From an uncultured Mycoplasmatota bacterium (GTDB taxonomy: Bacteria > Bacillota_I > Bacilli_A > RF39 > UBA660): a stretch of DNA of 64,000 nt. The DNA is taken from NCBI GenBank assembly GCA_946414095.1, contig CAMKNB010000003.1, forward strand, positions 2,161-66,160, written 5' to 3'. Of this stretch, positions 36,101 to 44,378 are shown piece by piece (the stretch's first letter is position 1; every line of letters begins with the position of its first letter). The position numbers were made by a program, and so were the translations under genes. The notes beneath the pieces are model-generated. The model saw only the letters and a program-made list of their open reading frames with translations. It did not search any database and was not told the origin of the DNA.

Positions 36101-39038
36101 TGAAGCAAAAGGAGTAGGGAGTGCTACAATTGATGTTTATTCTGAATACTATGGAATGCATATTGAAATACCTGTTACTGTTGTAAAATATACATCTGAA
36201 ATTAGCATTTCACAAGATGAGGTTAATTTAGATAATGAAACTAACTCATATAAAATAAACTATAATGTTTTACCAAATGATGCTAGTAATAAAAATGTTA
36301 TTTTTACTTCTGAAAATGAAAACATAGCAAGTGTATCAAAAGATGGAACTATTTATGCAATTAATAATGGTGAAACATATATAGTTCTTACTAGTGAAGA
36401 TGGTAAATCTACTAATAGAATAAAAGTAATTGTTAATAACTTAATAGCATGTGAAGAAGTAGTAGCAGAGAATACTATTAAAATAAATGTTGATGATAGT
36501 AATCATACTAAAGTTAATTATGAAATAAAACCATCAACTAGTAATCCACATGTAACATTTATTATTGATGATACTAGTGTTGCAACAATTAGTGAAGATG
36601 GATATTTAACAGGTATTAAACCTGGCGAAACAACATTAAAAATATATGCTAATAATAAACTAATGAAAGAAGTAACTATTAATGTTAACAATTATGTTAA
36701 AGTTAAATCATTTAATATTACTGAAGAAGAAGTTACATTAACTACTGAAGGTAAGGTTAAAGAATATAAATTAAATTATAAATTTAATTCTGAAAATGTT
36801 ACAAATAATAAAATTATTTGGACATCATCAGATGAAAATATAGCAACCGTTGATTCAAATGGAAAATTAGTTGCAGTAAACAACGGAAATTGTATAATTA
36901 CTGGTACTACAGATGAAGGTAGTTTTGTTGATACAGTTAATGTTAGTGTTATAGTTGGATATAATACAGTTAATTTTTATGCTACAAATCCTCATTCATC
37001 TTATAATGATTTAATAGAAACTAAAAAAGCGTATTATGGTGAAGAATTCAAATTAGCTAGTGCTCAGCCAATAAGAGGATGGAAAAATGAAGACTGGTAT
37101 TCTTATTATTGGCATTATGATAGTATTGATTATAATTCTGAATACGGAGGCTTTTCAAATAAATATGACGAAAGTATGTTGAATTATGATGGAACAAATT
37201 TAGATTTGTATATAAAAAGAAATAAAAAAGCATTAAAATCTTTTGAAGTCACTAATGCTTATCTTGAAGGTAATTACTTCTATTTGCATTTTAAAATTGA
37301 TCCTGAAGTTGATCATTCTAATGATAGTCTTTCTAATTCAACATATAATGGATTAAAACTAATATATTCTGATTATGACTATGGTAATAATGATAGTGGC
37401 GAATATATCGCATATTTTGAAATAGATAATATGAATGATAATAATTTTAATAATTATATCAGTATTTATCATTATTATGATGAAGCTACTTTGTCATTTT
37501 ATTCAGAATTAGAACAACTTAGTGATGGTCAATATTTGTTAAAAAAATATGGTTCAATTAATACTGATAATACAAAGTATTATTCTTCAAATGGAAAATA
37601 CTCATTGAATAGTAATAATTATTTGTATATTACACCAAACATCACATTATCTAAATATAATTATGATAAAGATGGTAGTATTTTATCTTCTGAAATTCTG
37701 GAAAGTAATATTAAATATAAGTATTTATTAGCAAAAGTCGAAATAGAAGATAAGAATTATAACACTATAGATAGGTTCTCTACGCCACTTTATTTTGATG
37801 AAAGCATGACATCTTATATTGATTTCAACAATTATGGTGGATTTGATACTAATAAAAGATATTTTATATCTTATTATATAATTGATGATAATTTTAATTA
37901 TGTTTATTCTGATTGCCTTGCTAATAGTGAGGTTGCATTACCAATTCCAGAAATAAATGCTGAAGCAAATTCTTATAATTCAAACAAAGTAACTATATTA
38001 AATAGGGATAGTTATGAAAAGATTAAAATATTTAGAAGTTTAAGTTCAAATGGAGAGTATTCATATATTGGGGAAATAAGTGATAATAAAGATTATTATA
38101 TTGATAAAGTAGATGATTATAAAACATATTATTATAAAGTTAAAGGAGTTAATGGTTTATTAGAATCTGATTATAGTATAGATTACTATTATAATGATAG
38201 AAAATATTTTGCTTCTCCTCAAATGGATAAGCCAGTAGTAAGTAAGAAAGTTAGTAAAGGAAAAACTGTAAAGCTTTCTTGGAAGAAAGTTGATGGTGCT
38301 AAGTCTTATTGGGTATGGAAATGTAATAAAACAGGTTCTTCTTGTACGGGAATAAAAGAATTAAAGAGCAAAACAACATCTTATACAATTAAAAATTTAA
38401 AACAAGGAAAAATATATTATTACAAAATTGAAGCTGAAAGTGTTCTAAAGAAAAAGAGTTCTATTACTTCATCTAGTGATGTAATAATTGTTAGAGCAAA
38501 ACCAAAAACGCCTTCTTTAAAACTTAGTAAAAAAAGCTATAATTCTATTAATATAAAAGTTGGAAATGCTGGTTCTGCTACATATTACGAAATATATAGA
38601 AGTAATAGTAAAAAGAAAGGATATAAAAAAGTTCAAACTATATCTAATTATGGTGATTATATAGATAGTACTGTATTACCTTCAAAAACATATTATTATA
38701 AAGTTAGAGCTTGTAATGAAAATGCTTGTAGTTCATATTCAAAAGTTAAATCAATTAAACCAATACTTGGAAAACCAAGTATGAGCATAGCAAAGAATGA
38801 AAGTAAGCAAGCAGTTATTAAATATAATAGTGTTGTTGGAGCTACAAGATATGAAATATATAGAAGTACTAAAGAAAAGAAAGGTTATAAATTAATTAGT
38901 GATATTAAAGATACTAATTATATTGATGAAACAGTTGTTAATAAAAAATATTATTACAAAGTAAGAGCATATATTATTATTAATGGTAAGAAATATTATA
39001 GTAGTTATTCTAAAATCAAAAGTATTAAGATTTCTTAA
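33123..39038 (+). CDS. Giant secreted surface protein with many Big_2 (bacterial Ig-like group 2) domains and C-terminal FN3-like repeats
   Basis: 1971 aa from the ATG at 33123 (GGAGG SD). Signal peptide MNEKFRVFKYLLILVLFLFNVNYVFS. More than 12 repeats of the ...L.A.V.P..A.NK.V.WS..NGTGEATIDENGLLTA...G.VTV.A type, then an unassigned Tyr/Asn-rich region. About four C-terminal repeats have the Y(E/W)I(Y/W)RS...YYYKV(R/K)A pattern. Confidence 0.8.
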   Translation: MNEKFRVFKYLLILVLFLFNVNYVFSLEKETIIEDKTKEKTIKNDLEGESINSVESTNETNSSETILVSSIEVASEVDEIFDTETLQMSATVYPDDATNKDILWSVVDGTGSATISDSGLLTPTKPGTVTVRAIATDDSGCYGSKIITIKQTYVESIIIAGNNSVQRTKTIQFSTSISPTNAYNKGISWTVTNGTGEATISSSGELTAIKNGTVTVRATAKDRMEVYDEKEITITPLLVTNVSISGSDRLNVGDKEYYVSTITPSDADDKTITWSITSGSEYASVNENGLLTAISEGTITLKATSSNGKSAQKTITIVGENKPTKVILTSDSYFLSYSYNNTPTTKIRAKLYPSNATIKSITWSTSNSKSHIYPEDNFVASLNYTTYDVSTTTVTATVTTETGETLTGTIKINLGSSLYGYTYEAHVNSLQPTDSEKILEIGDIGKFNVTYSPTDAPSSDIIYNISDSSVAHIDENGKIYAKGIGYATLYAYSKYNNKTISIPISVVEDKTEPLKVVKVEINGKDKVERGTTAQYSVNIYPVNAANKNVTWEVKKLQGDASGEATIDENGLLTAISDGQVIVKATTQDGSNITVSKVVTISRTYVEGITINGEDTVERTKQLQLSTTITPNNAFIKKVNWSVINGTGEATIDENGILTGVKEGTVTVRVESTDESGVFAEKEITVTPIYVKGINIEGESFVVKGKKYYFEYNIINDDADNNSIEWIVENGTGEATIDENGVFIPVSVGEVTVKIKALDSGKIFDSMKVTINKSGSLEKIAIIAPKYNISTNSSVKLTAILIPSNVEENSVVWSVNDTNYATISTDGTLTSKGITGVVTVRATAKDGSGVYGEIKLYISSVNINVGKKYTDEVYVNYLSSAYLTSTNSNVVSTSLGWSWTSSSYGTLYSYNVEITGISAGNATVYLRSGNGTILKEYYVSVSGTNGVMFSDKYSLNLGLNETDKINISFTGSSYKYYFVSSDENVVSVDSRGNVEAKGVGSATIDVYSEYYGMHIEIPVTVVKYTSEISISQDEVNLDNETNSYKINYNVLPNDASNKNVIFTSENENIASVSKDGTIYAINNGETYIVLTSEDGKSTNRIKVIVNNLIACEEVVAENTIKINVDDSNHTKVNYEIKPSTSNPHVTFIIDDTSVATISEDGYLTGIKPGETTLKIYANNKLMKEVTINVNNYVKVKSFNITEEEVTLTTEGKVKEYKLNYKFNSENVTNNKIIWTSSDENIATVDSNGKLVAVNNGNCIITGTTDEGSFVDTVNVSVIVGYNTVNFYATNPHSSYNDLIETKKAYYGEEFKLASAQPIRGWKNEDWYSYYWHYDSIDYNSEYGGFSNKYDESMLNYDGTNLDLYIKRNKKALKSFEVTNAYLEGNYFYLHFKIDPEVDHSNDSLSNSTYNGLKLIYSDYDYGNNDSGEYIAYFEIDNMNDNNFNNYISIYHYYDEATLSFYSELEQLSDGQYLLKKYGSINTDNTKYYSSNGKYSLNSNNYLYITPNITLSKYNYDKDGSILSSEILESNIKYKYLLAKVEIEDKNYNTIDRFSTPLYFDESMTSYIDFNNYGGFDTNKRYFISYYIIDDNFNYVYSDCLANSEVALPIPEINAEANSYNSNKVTILNRDSYEKIKIFRSLSSNGEYSYIGEISDNKDYYIDKVDDYKTYYYKVKGVNGLLESDYSIDYYYNDRKYFASPQMDKPVVSKKVSKGKTVKLSWKKVDGAKSYWVWKCNKTGSSCTGIKELKSKTTSYTIKNLKQGKIYYYKIEAESVLKKKSSITSSSDVIIVRAKPKTPSLKLSKKSYNSINIKVGNAGSATYYEIYRSNSKKKGYKKVQTISNYGDYIDSTVLPSKTYYYKVRACNENACSSYSKVKSIKPILGKPSMSIAKNESKQAVIKYNSVVGATRYEIYRSTKEKKGYKLISDIKDTNYIDETVVNKKYYYKVRAYIIINGKKYYSSYSKIKSIKIS

Positions 39039-39151
39039 TACTTTTTTTGTAACATTAAGTGTCAATATTCTACAAAACACTACAATTTTCTTCGTAGAAA
39101 AAGATATAATATTAGTATTATAATAGAAGAAAAGGAGAATAATTAAAATTA

Positions 39152-39907
39152 ATGAAAATTAAAGTATTGGCAGTAGATGATAATGCAGCACAAGTTAGTA
39201 TGATAAAGAAGTACTTTAATGGAAGTGAAAATATAGAGGTCATAGATACTGCTTCTAATGGTGAAGAAGCTATATCAAAAATAGAAAGTATAGATTTTGA
39301 TATTATGCTTCTAGATTTGATTATGCCTAAAAAAGATGGTATAAGTGTTCTTGAATATATGAAGGAAAATAATATTAGTAAAAATGTTATTGTTCTAACA
39401 TCTTTTAATGAAGAAGAAACAATTAGTAGTATTAGTGAGTATGGTGTTAAATATTATGCTTTAAAACCTTTTGAATTAAAAGGCCTTGAAAATATTATAA
39501 TTAAAATAATGAAATCTAAAAGAAGTAATAATGAATTAGTTGAAATACAAGATAAAGGAATACAAATACAAATTACAAGATTATTACATGAGCTTGGTAT
39601 TCCATCACATATAAAGGGTTATCAATATATTAGATCTGCTATATTAATGGTTTATGATAATCCTGGCTTTATTGGGGGTATAACTAAAGAATTATATCCA
39701 GATTTATCTATTAAATTTAATACTTCTATTCAAAGAGTTGAAAGAGCAATTAGACATGCGATTGAAGTATCTTGGTTAAGAGGAGATATTGACTTAATGG
39801 AAGAAATATTTGGACATAGTGTTGATATAGATAGAGCAAAACCAACTAATTCAGAATTTATTGTTACAATTGCAGATAAATTAAGACTTGATATGATTAA
39901 TGTATAA
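39152..39907 (+). CDS. spo0A: Sporulation-type response regulator Spo0A
   Basis: Receiver domain with VDDN, LLDLIMPKKDG, LTS and KPF. The C-terminal Spo0A effector domain is near-canonical: HELGIPSHIKGYQYIRSAI, QRVERAIRHAIEVSWLRG, KPTNSEFIVTIADKLRL. Confidence 0.9.
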   Translation: MKIKVLAVDDNAAQVSMIKKYFNGSENIEVIDTASNGEEAISKIESIDFDIMLLDLIMPKKDGISVLEYMKENNISKNVIVLTSFNEEETISSISEYGVKYYALKPFELKGLENIIIKIMKSKRSNNELVEIQDKGIQIQITRLLHELGIPSHIKGYQYIRSAILMVYDNPGFIGGITKELYPDLSIKFNTSIQRVERAIRHAIEVSWLRGDIDLMEEIFGHSVDIDRAKPTNSEFIVTIADKLRLDMINV

Positions 39908-39959
39908 AAATCATTCAAGTTTTTTTATTTTTGTGATAGAATATTCACAGGAGAAAAAT

Positions 39960-41459
39960 ATGAAAAAAATTATTTTATTAATTTTAGATGGATTTGGTAT
40001 TAGACAAAATGAAAATGGCAATGCTATAAAGATGTCTAATTTACCTAATATAAATAAAATACTTAAAGATTATTCTGTAAGTGAACTTTCTACTAGTGGT
40101 GAAGTAGTTGGTTTGCCAAAAGGTGTTATTGGAAATAGCGAAGTTGGTCATATGACAATAGGTAGTGGAAGAACAGTTGTTCAACCACTTACTATGATTA
40201 ATAATAGTATTAAAGATAAAAGCTTTTTCTCTAATGATACATTACTTGACTTGATGGATCATGTTAATGAGAATAAATCAACATTACATTTAATTGGGAT
40301 GTTATCTAATAGTTCAAGTCATTCTAGTATTGATCATTTTTATGCTGTTTTGGCTCTAGCTAAAATTAGGAAAGTTGAAAATGTTGTTTTTCATTTTATA
40401 ACTGATGGTAGAGATACTTTACCTAATTCTGCTAAAAACTATATAGATGCTATTATTGAAAAAACTAGGAAATTAAATCTTGGAGTAATAGGAACTTTAT
40501 GTGGTAGATATTATGCAATGGATAATGATGGTAATTATGATAGGATAGAAAAAGCATATAATGTTCTTGTACATAATGTTGGTAATTATTTTGCAGATTA
40601 TAATAAATGTATTGATTTACATTATAAAAGTGGAATAACTGATGAGTTTATAAATCCAAGTATTATTACTAAAGGAAGTAATATTAAAGATAATGATGGT
40701 GTATTGTTTGTTGATTTTAGACCTGAAAGGATGGATGAATTAATATCTTCTTTAGTAGATCCATCATTTAATATGTTTAATGTTAAAAAACTAAAAAACG
40801 TTAAGTATAATGTTTTATATAGTACAAGCAATAAAATTGAAGGGTGTTATACAAATGAGCCTATATCAAATACATTTGGTAAATATTTAGCAGATTTAGA
40901 ATTTAAACAAGCTAGAATATCTGAAGCTACTAAGTATCCTCATGTTACTTATTTCTTTGATGGGGCTGAAGATTTTAGTGATAAAAATATGTTTAAAATA
41001 TTAGTTCCTTCACCTAATGTTGCTAGATTTGATATGAAACCTGAAATGAATATTCTTGAAGTAACAAAGGCTGTTCTTGATGCGATTGAAGATGATTTTG
41101 ACTTTATTTTAGTGAATTTTTCTAATCCAGATATGGTTGGTCATACAGGCAATATTCCAGCAACCGTTAGGGCTTTAGAAGCATGTGATGTTTGTGTTGA
41201 AAAAATATTTGAAAAAGCTAATGAAAATTTTTATGATTTAGTAATAACTTCAGATCATGGAAACGTTGAATTTATGAAAGATAATGATGGTTCATTAAAT
41301 ACTTCTCATACTGATAATCCAGTTCCATTTGTAATATGTAGTGACAAATACAAACTTAAAGAAAATGGTTCACTTAGGGATGTAATTCCAACAATTATTG
41401 ATATGTACGAAATTAGTAAACCAAAAGAAATGACTGGTGAAAGTTTAATAATAAAATAA
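39960..41459 (+). CDS. gpmI: 2,3-bisphosphoglycerate-independent phosphoglycerate mutase
   Basis: LDGFG, GNSEVGHMTIGSGR (catalytic Ser), ITDGRD, GRYYAMDNDGNYDR, NPDMVGHTG and TSDHGN. The ATG at 39960 follows a CAGGAGA SD. Confidence 0.9.
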   Translation: MKKIILLILDGFGIRQNENGNAIKMSNLPNINKILKDYSVSELSTSGEVVGLPKGVIGNSEVGHMTIGSGRTVVQPLTMINNSIKDKSFFSNDTLLDLMDHVNENKSTLHLIGMLSNSSSHSSIDHFYAVLALAKIRKVENVVFHFITDGRDTLPNSAKNYIDAIIEKTRKLNLGVIGTLCGRYYAMDNDGNYDRIEKAYNVLVHNVGNYFADYNKCIDLHYKSGITDEFINPSIITKGSNIKDNDGVLFVDFRPERMDELISSLVDPSFNMFNVKKLKNVKYNVLYSTSNKIEGCYTNEPISNTFGKYLADLEFKQARISEATKYPHVTYFFDGAEDFSDKNMFKILVPSPNVARFDMKPEMNILEVTKAVLDAIEDDFDFILVNFSNPDMVGHTGNIPATVRALEACDVCVEKIFEKANENFYDLVITSDHGNVEFMKDNDGSLNTSHTDNPVPFVICSDKYKLKENGSLRDVIPTIIDMYEISKPKEMTGESLIIK

Positions 41460-41541
41460 GGATAGATTTCTATTCTTTTTTATTTACTTTAAATTAAATC
41501 TATGTTATATTATAATATATAATAGAAAGTAGGGGAAAAGA

Positions 41542-43857
41542 ATGAATGATACTAGTAATGTAGGGGTTAATAGTGTTCCAGAGACAAGTACTACTCCAGC
41601 ACCACAAACTGTTACACAACCAGTTACTCCAGTGGTAACTCCAGTTGTAAGTGCTACTCCAGTAGTTACCCCAGTTGCAAGTGCTACACCGGTAGTAACT
41701 CCTAGTCCTGTTACAACTAGTGAGCCTGTTTTGACAAATCCTATAGCACAAACTACTGTATCAGCTAATACAGTACCAGCTTCTGTTACTCCAGTGGTAA
41801 CCCCAATTGCTCCAACACCACAGGCTGTGGTGACAACAACACCGGTTACTCCAACAGTTGAGCCTGTAGTAACACCAGTAGCTCCTGCAGTGCAACCAAC
41901 AACACAAACTGTAACTCAAGCTGCTACTCAAACACCAGTAACTGTTCAACCAACTGTATCATCTGTTGCTGCTACTTCAGTAGTAACTCCAGTTGCTCCT
42001 GCTGTTACGACTCAAGAAGTAGCTGTTAAAGCACCAGAAGCACCAATAGAGAATTCTAAGGTTGAAGTACAATTAGCTGATAATATTAAAATAGATTCTG
42101 AAAAGAAAAAAGAGAAAAAGAAAAAAGAGAAAAAAGAAAAGAAAGCTTCTGATTATGAAGATGAAGAAGAAATCACAGTAAAAGCAAATAGATATCCAAT
42201 TGCACTTGCTGTAGTTTTCGTTTCAATTTTATTATTAATGTTTGTATACTATTATTTAGTTATGACACCATATAATGTTTTTGATAGTGCGTTATCATCT
42301 ATGGTTGATGCTATAAAAGATGTAGCAGATAATTTTGGAAATGAAGATTCAGATAGAAACACTTTCGATTTACAATTTGATTTAAAAACTGATAATGAAC
42401 AAGTTAAAAATAATTCGGAGCAGACTCCAGTTGATTATGTAAACGGTGATCATATTCAAGGAATTGTTAATTTTGATACAAAGAGCAAAGGTTTTTCTTT
42501 AAATTTATTAGGAGATAAATTGGTTAAAAATTTACCTGATGGAGTTGAACCTATAGATAAAAGTAAGAATAGAGCAAGGATGTTAGATTTAAAATTTTAT
42601 AGTTTTAAAGATAACATGTATATAGGACCTATTTATTATATTAACTATAATGATCCTAATGCTGCTAATATGACCCCTATAGATATTGATAAAATAATTC
42701 AAGTAAGTTTTGGAACTGAATCATTTGGTAGAGATATAAATATAGAATCATTTACAATAGATTCTTTAAGCTATGCAGCAGACTTGATAGATTTAATTAT
42801 AGAAAAAGGTAAAACTACAGTATTTGATAGTGATTTAGAAAGAGGAATAGTATTCAAAAAAGTTGGTGATTCAACTGCAATAGCACTAAAAGCAAACTGT
42901 GATACAGATTCAAAAATGATTGATAGGGTGTTTCATGGGACTTTTGATGAAGAGTTTATAAATAGAAAAGAAGTTATTGATTTAACTAGAAAAGTATTTG
43001 GTTTTTCAGAAGAAGAAGCTAGAGAATTATTAGAAGAAATACATAATAGACCACAAGACATACAACACCTAGATATAAACTTATATATGAACTTAGCAAA
43101 TACTGAACTTATTTCATTTGATATGACATTTGATAATAAATTTTATATCGAATTAGATTATTTAAAAGGATTTTATTCTTTAACTATAAGAGTTATGACT
43201 GATGGTAAAGAAGAAAATGATAAATTTAATTTGAAAGCTGACTATAATAGAGACAATGGCGATATTGATGGTTTAGGAATTATTAATAATGAAAATACTT
43301 TCTTAGCAGTTAAATTTGATTATGATAGAAAGGTTACAACAACAGGTGAAAAGATTGGTAATACATTAGATTTTAAATTCTATAATAATGATACATATAA
43401 ACAAAAAGAAGAAAATCAAAAACCATTCTGTATATTAAATTGTACTCTTGACATATATGAGAGTAATGATGATCCGAGTGGAAAAACAAATTTTGATTTA
43501 GAGAGTGAAGTAAAAGATGCATATATCTTGCCGGTAAGTCAATATAAAACAAATAGTGGAATTATAATTAAATCAACACTGACCGATGCTCCTAAGATAT
43601 CCGTCCAAGAGGGATTGCAAGTTATTAATTTTGAAAAAGGATTTGTTTCGCATGTAATGTATGTAGTTGACCATTTGTTGTATAACAAAGAGGGTGCTAT
43701 TGCAAGAAGAGAAGCACAAAATGAAGCTGAAGAAGATCTTACAGAGAATAACGAAGAAATAAATACATCGGATGAAAAAACAAAATCAATAGAGTCTTCT
43801 GAAGAAAATATCACACAGGAAGTAAATACTGAGGAAACTGTTCAAGAAGAATCATAG
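41542..43857 (+). CDS. Single-pass membrane protein with Pro/Thr/Val-rich N-terminal domain and large C-terminal domain
   Basis: 771 aa. Residues ~11-168 are a low-complexity VTPVV/ATPVVTP region. A Lys/Glu run (KKKEKKKKEKKEKK) and one TM (YPIALAVVFVSILLLMFVYYYLVM) follow. The ~500-aa globular region is unassigned and the tail is acidic. Confidence 0.6.
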   Translation: MNDTSNVGVNSVPETSTTPAPQTVTQPVTPVVTPVVSATPVVTPVASATPVVTPSPVTTSEPVLTNPIAQTTVSANTVPASVTPVVTPIAPTPQAVVTTTPVTPTVEPVVTPVAPAVQPTTQTVTQAATQTPVTVQPTVSSVAATSVVTPVAPAVTTQEVAVKAPEAPIENSKVEVQLADNIKIDSEKKKEKKKKEKKEKKASDYEDEEEITVKANRYPIALAVVFVSILLLMFVYYYLVMTPYNVFDSALSSMVDAIKDVADNFGNEDSDRNTFDLQFDLKTDNEQVKNNSEQTPVDYVNGDHIQGIVNFDTKSKGFSLNLLGDKLVKNLPDGVEPIDKSKNRARMLDLKFYSFKDNMYIGPIYYINYNDPNAANMTPIDIDKIIQVSFGTESFGRDINIESFTIDSLSYAADLIDLIIEKGKTTVFDSDLERGIVFKKVGDSTAIALKANCDTDSKMIDRVFHGTFDEEFINRKEVIDLTRKVFGFSEEEARELLEEIHNRPQDIQHLDINLYMNLANTELISFDMTFDNKFYIELDYLKGFYSLTIRVMTDGKEENDKFNLKADYNRDNGDIDGLGIINNENTFLAVKFDYDRKVTTTGEKIGNTLDFKFYNNDTYKQKEENQKPFCILNCTLDIYESNDDPSGKTNFDLESEVKDAYILPVSQYKTNSGIIIKSTLTDAPKISVQEGLQVINFEKGFVSHVMYVVDHLLYNKEGAIARREAQNEAEEDLTENNEEINTSDEKTKSIESSEENITQEVNTEETVQEES
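41572..42045 (+). repeat. Low-complexity coding repeat (VTP/ATP/QP units), locally much more GC-rich than its surroundings
   Basis: Direct reading shows repeated gtaactccagt / gttactccagt / gctactccagt units. Confidence 0.75.
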
Positions 43858-43867
43858 AAAACTCAGG

Positions 43868-43903
43868 AAAAATCAAGAAAATGCTTGATTTTTCTTTTTT
43901 TTT
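43868..43903 (+). terminator. Intrinsic terminator
   Basis: Stem aaaaatcaag / cttgattttt (10 bp) with a 6-nt loop, then a long T-run. Confidence 0.7.
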
Positions 43904-43913
43904 GCCATATAAT
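43885..43913 (+). promoter_or_regulatory. Candidate sigma-A promoter of the S10 operon
   Basis: -35 TTGATT (43885-43890), a 17-nt spacer, and -10 TATAAT (43908-43913). Confidence 0.5.
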
Positions 43914-43919
43914 TAATTG

Positions 43920-44049
43920 TAAACGACTGGCGATGATGTGCAAGGTTGCTGATACACCAGGTTAAGTTGAATTGTAACTTAATTACAAATCAGGTAATTT
44001 GCACTTAGCAAGTCTATAAAAAATATTATAGGCGAAGGAGGATATTAAT
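43920..44049 (+). promoter_or_regulatory. Structured 5' leader of the S10 ribosomal-protein operon
   Basis: Nested complementary segments: gtgcaa (43938-43943) with ttgcac (43999-44004); ctgat (43949-43953) with atcag (43989-43993); ttgtaa (43972-43977) with ttacaa (43983-43988). An alternative 11-bp extension of the inner hairpin is possible. The region is locally more GC-rich than other intergenic DNA here. Confidence 0.4.
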
Positions 44050-44358
44050 ATGTCTAAAGACAAAGTTAGAATCAGACTTAAATCATTTGATCACAGAAGT
44101 GTTGATCAAGCTTGCTCAAAAATTGTTGAGACTGTTAAGAGAACTGGTGGAGTTGTTAGCGGACCTGTTCCACTACCAACAGAGATCGAAAAGATCACTA
44201 TTTTAAGAGCTGTTCATAAGTATAAGGATTCTCGTGAACAATTCGAAATTAGAACTCATAAGAGACTAATTGATATTGAATCACCAAGTAAAGAAACTAT
44301 AGATGCTCTTGCACATATGGATTTACCTAGTGGTGTAGATATTCAAATCAAAAAATAA
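44050..44358 (+). CDS. rpsJ: 30S ribosomal protein S10
   Basis: [16 protein letters not shown]...HKRLIDI. First gene in the conserved operon order. Confidence 0.95.
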   Translation: MSKDKVRIRLKSFDHRSVDQACSKIVETVKRTGGVVSGPVPLPTEIEKITILRAVHKYKDSREQFEIRTHKRLIDIESPSKETIDALAHMDLPSGVDIQIKK

Positions 44359-44378
44359 TTTAAGAAAGGACAGAAAAA

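Noticed and set aside
39039-39151. Possible Spo0A boxes and a sigma-H/sigma-A promoter pair upstream of spo0A. Candidates are tgtcaat at about 39059 and ttcgtag at about 39091, with TATAAT at 39105-39110.
   Set aside because: Both candidate boxes differ from the TGTCGAA consensus at one or two positions in very AT-rich DNA, and no convincing -35 or sigma-H motif accompanies the -10. This cannot be distinguished from chance by eye.
41500-41949. Two minus-strand ORFs (41500-41751 and 41761-41949) rich in Trp/Cys/Ser/Asn.
   Set aside because: They are antisense reading frames of the VTP/ATP coding repeat. The repeat structure keeps them free of stops. There is no independent start context.
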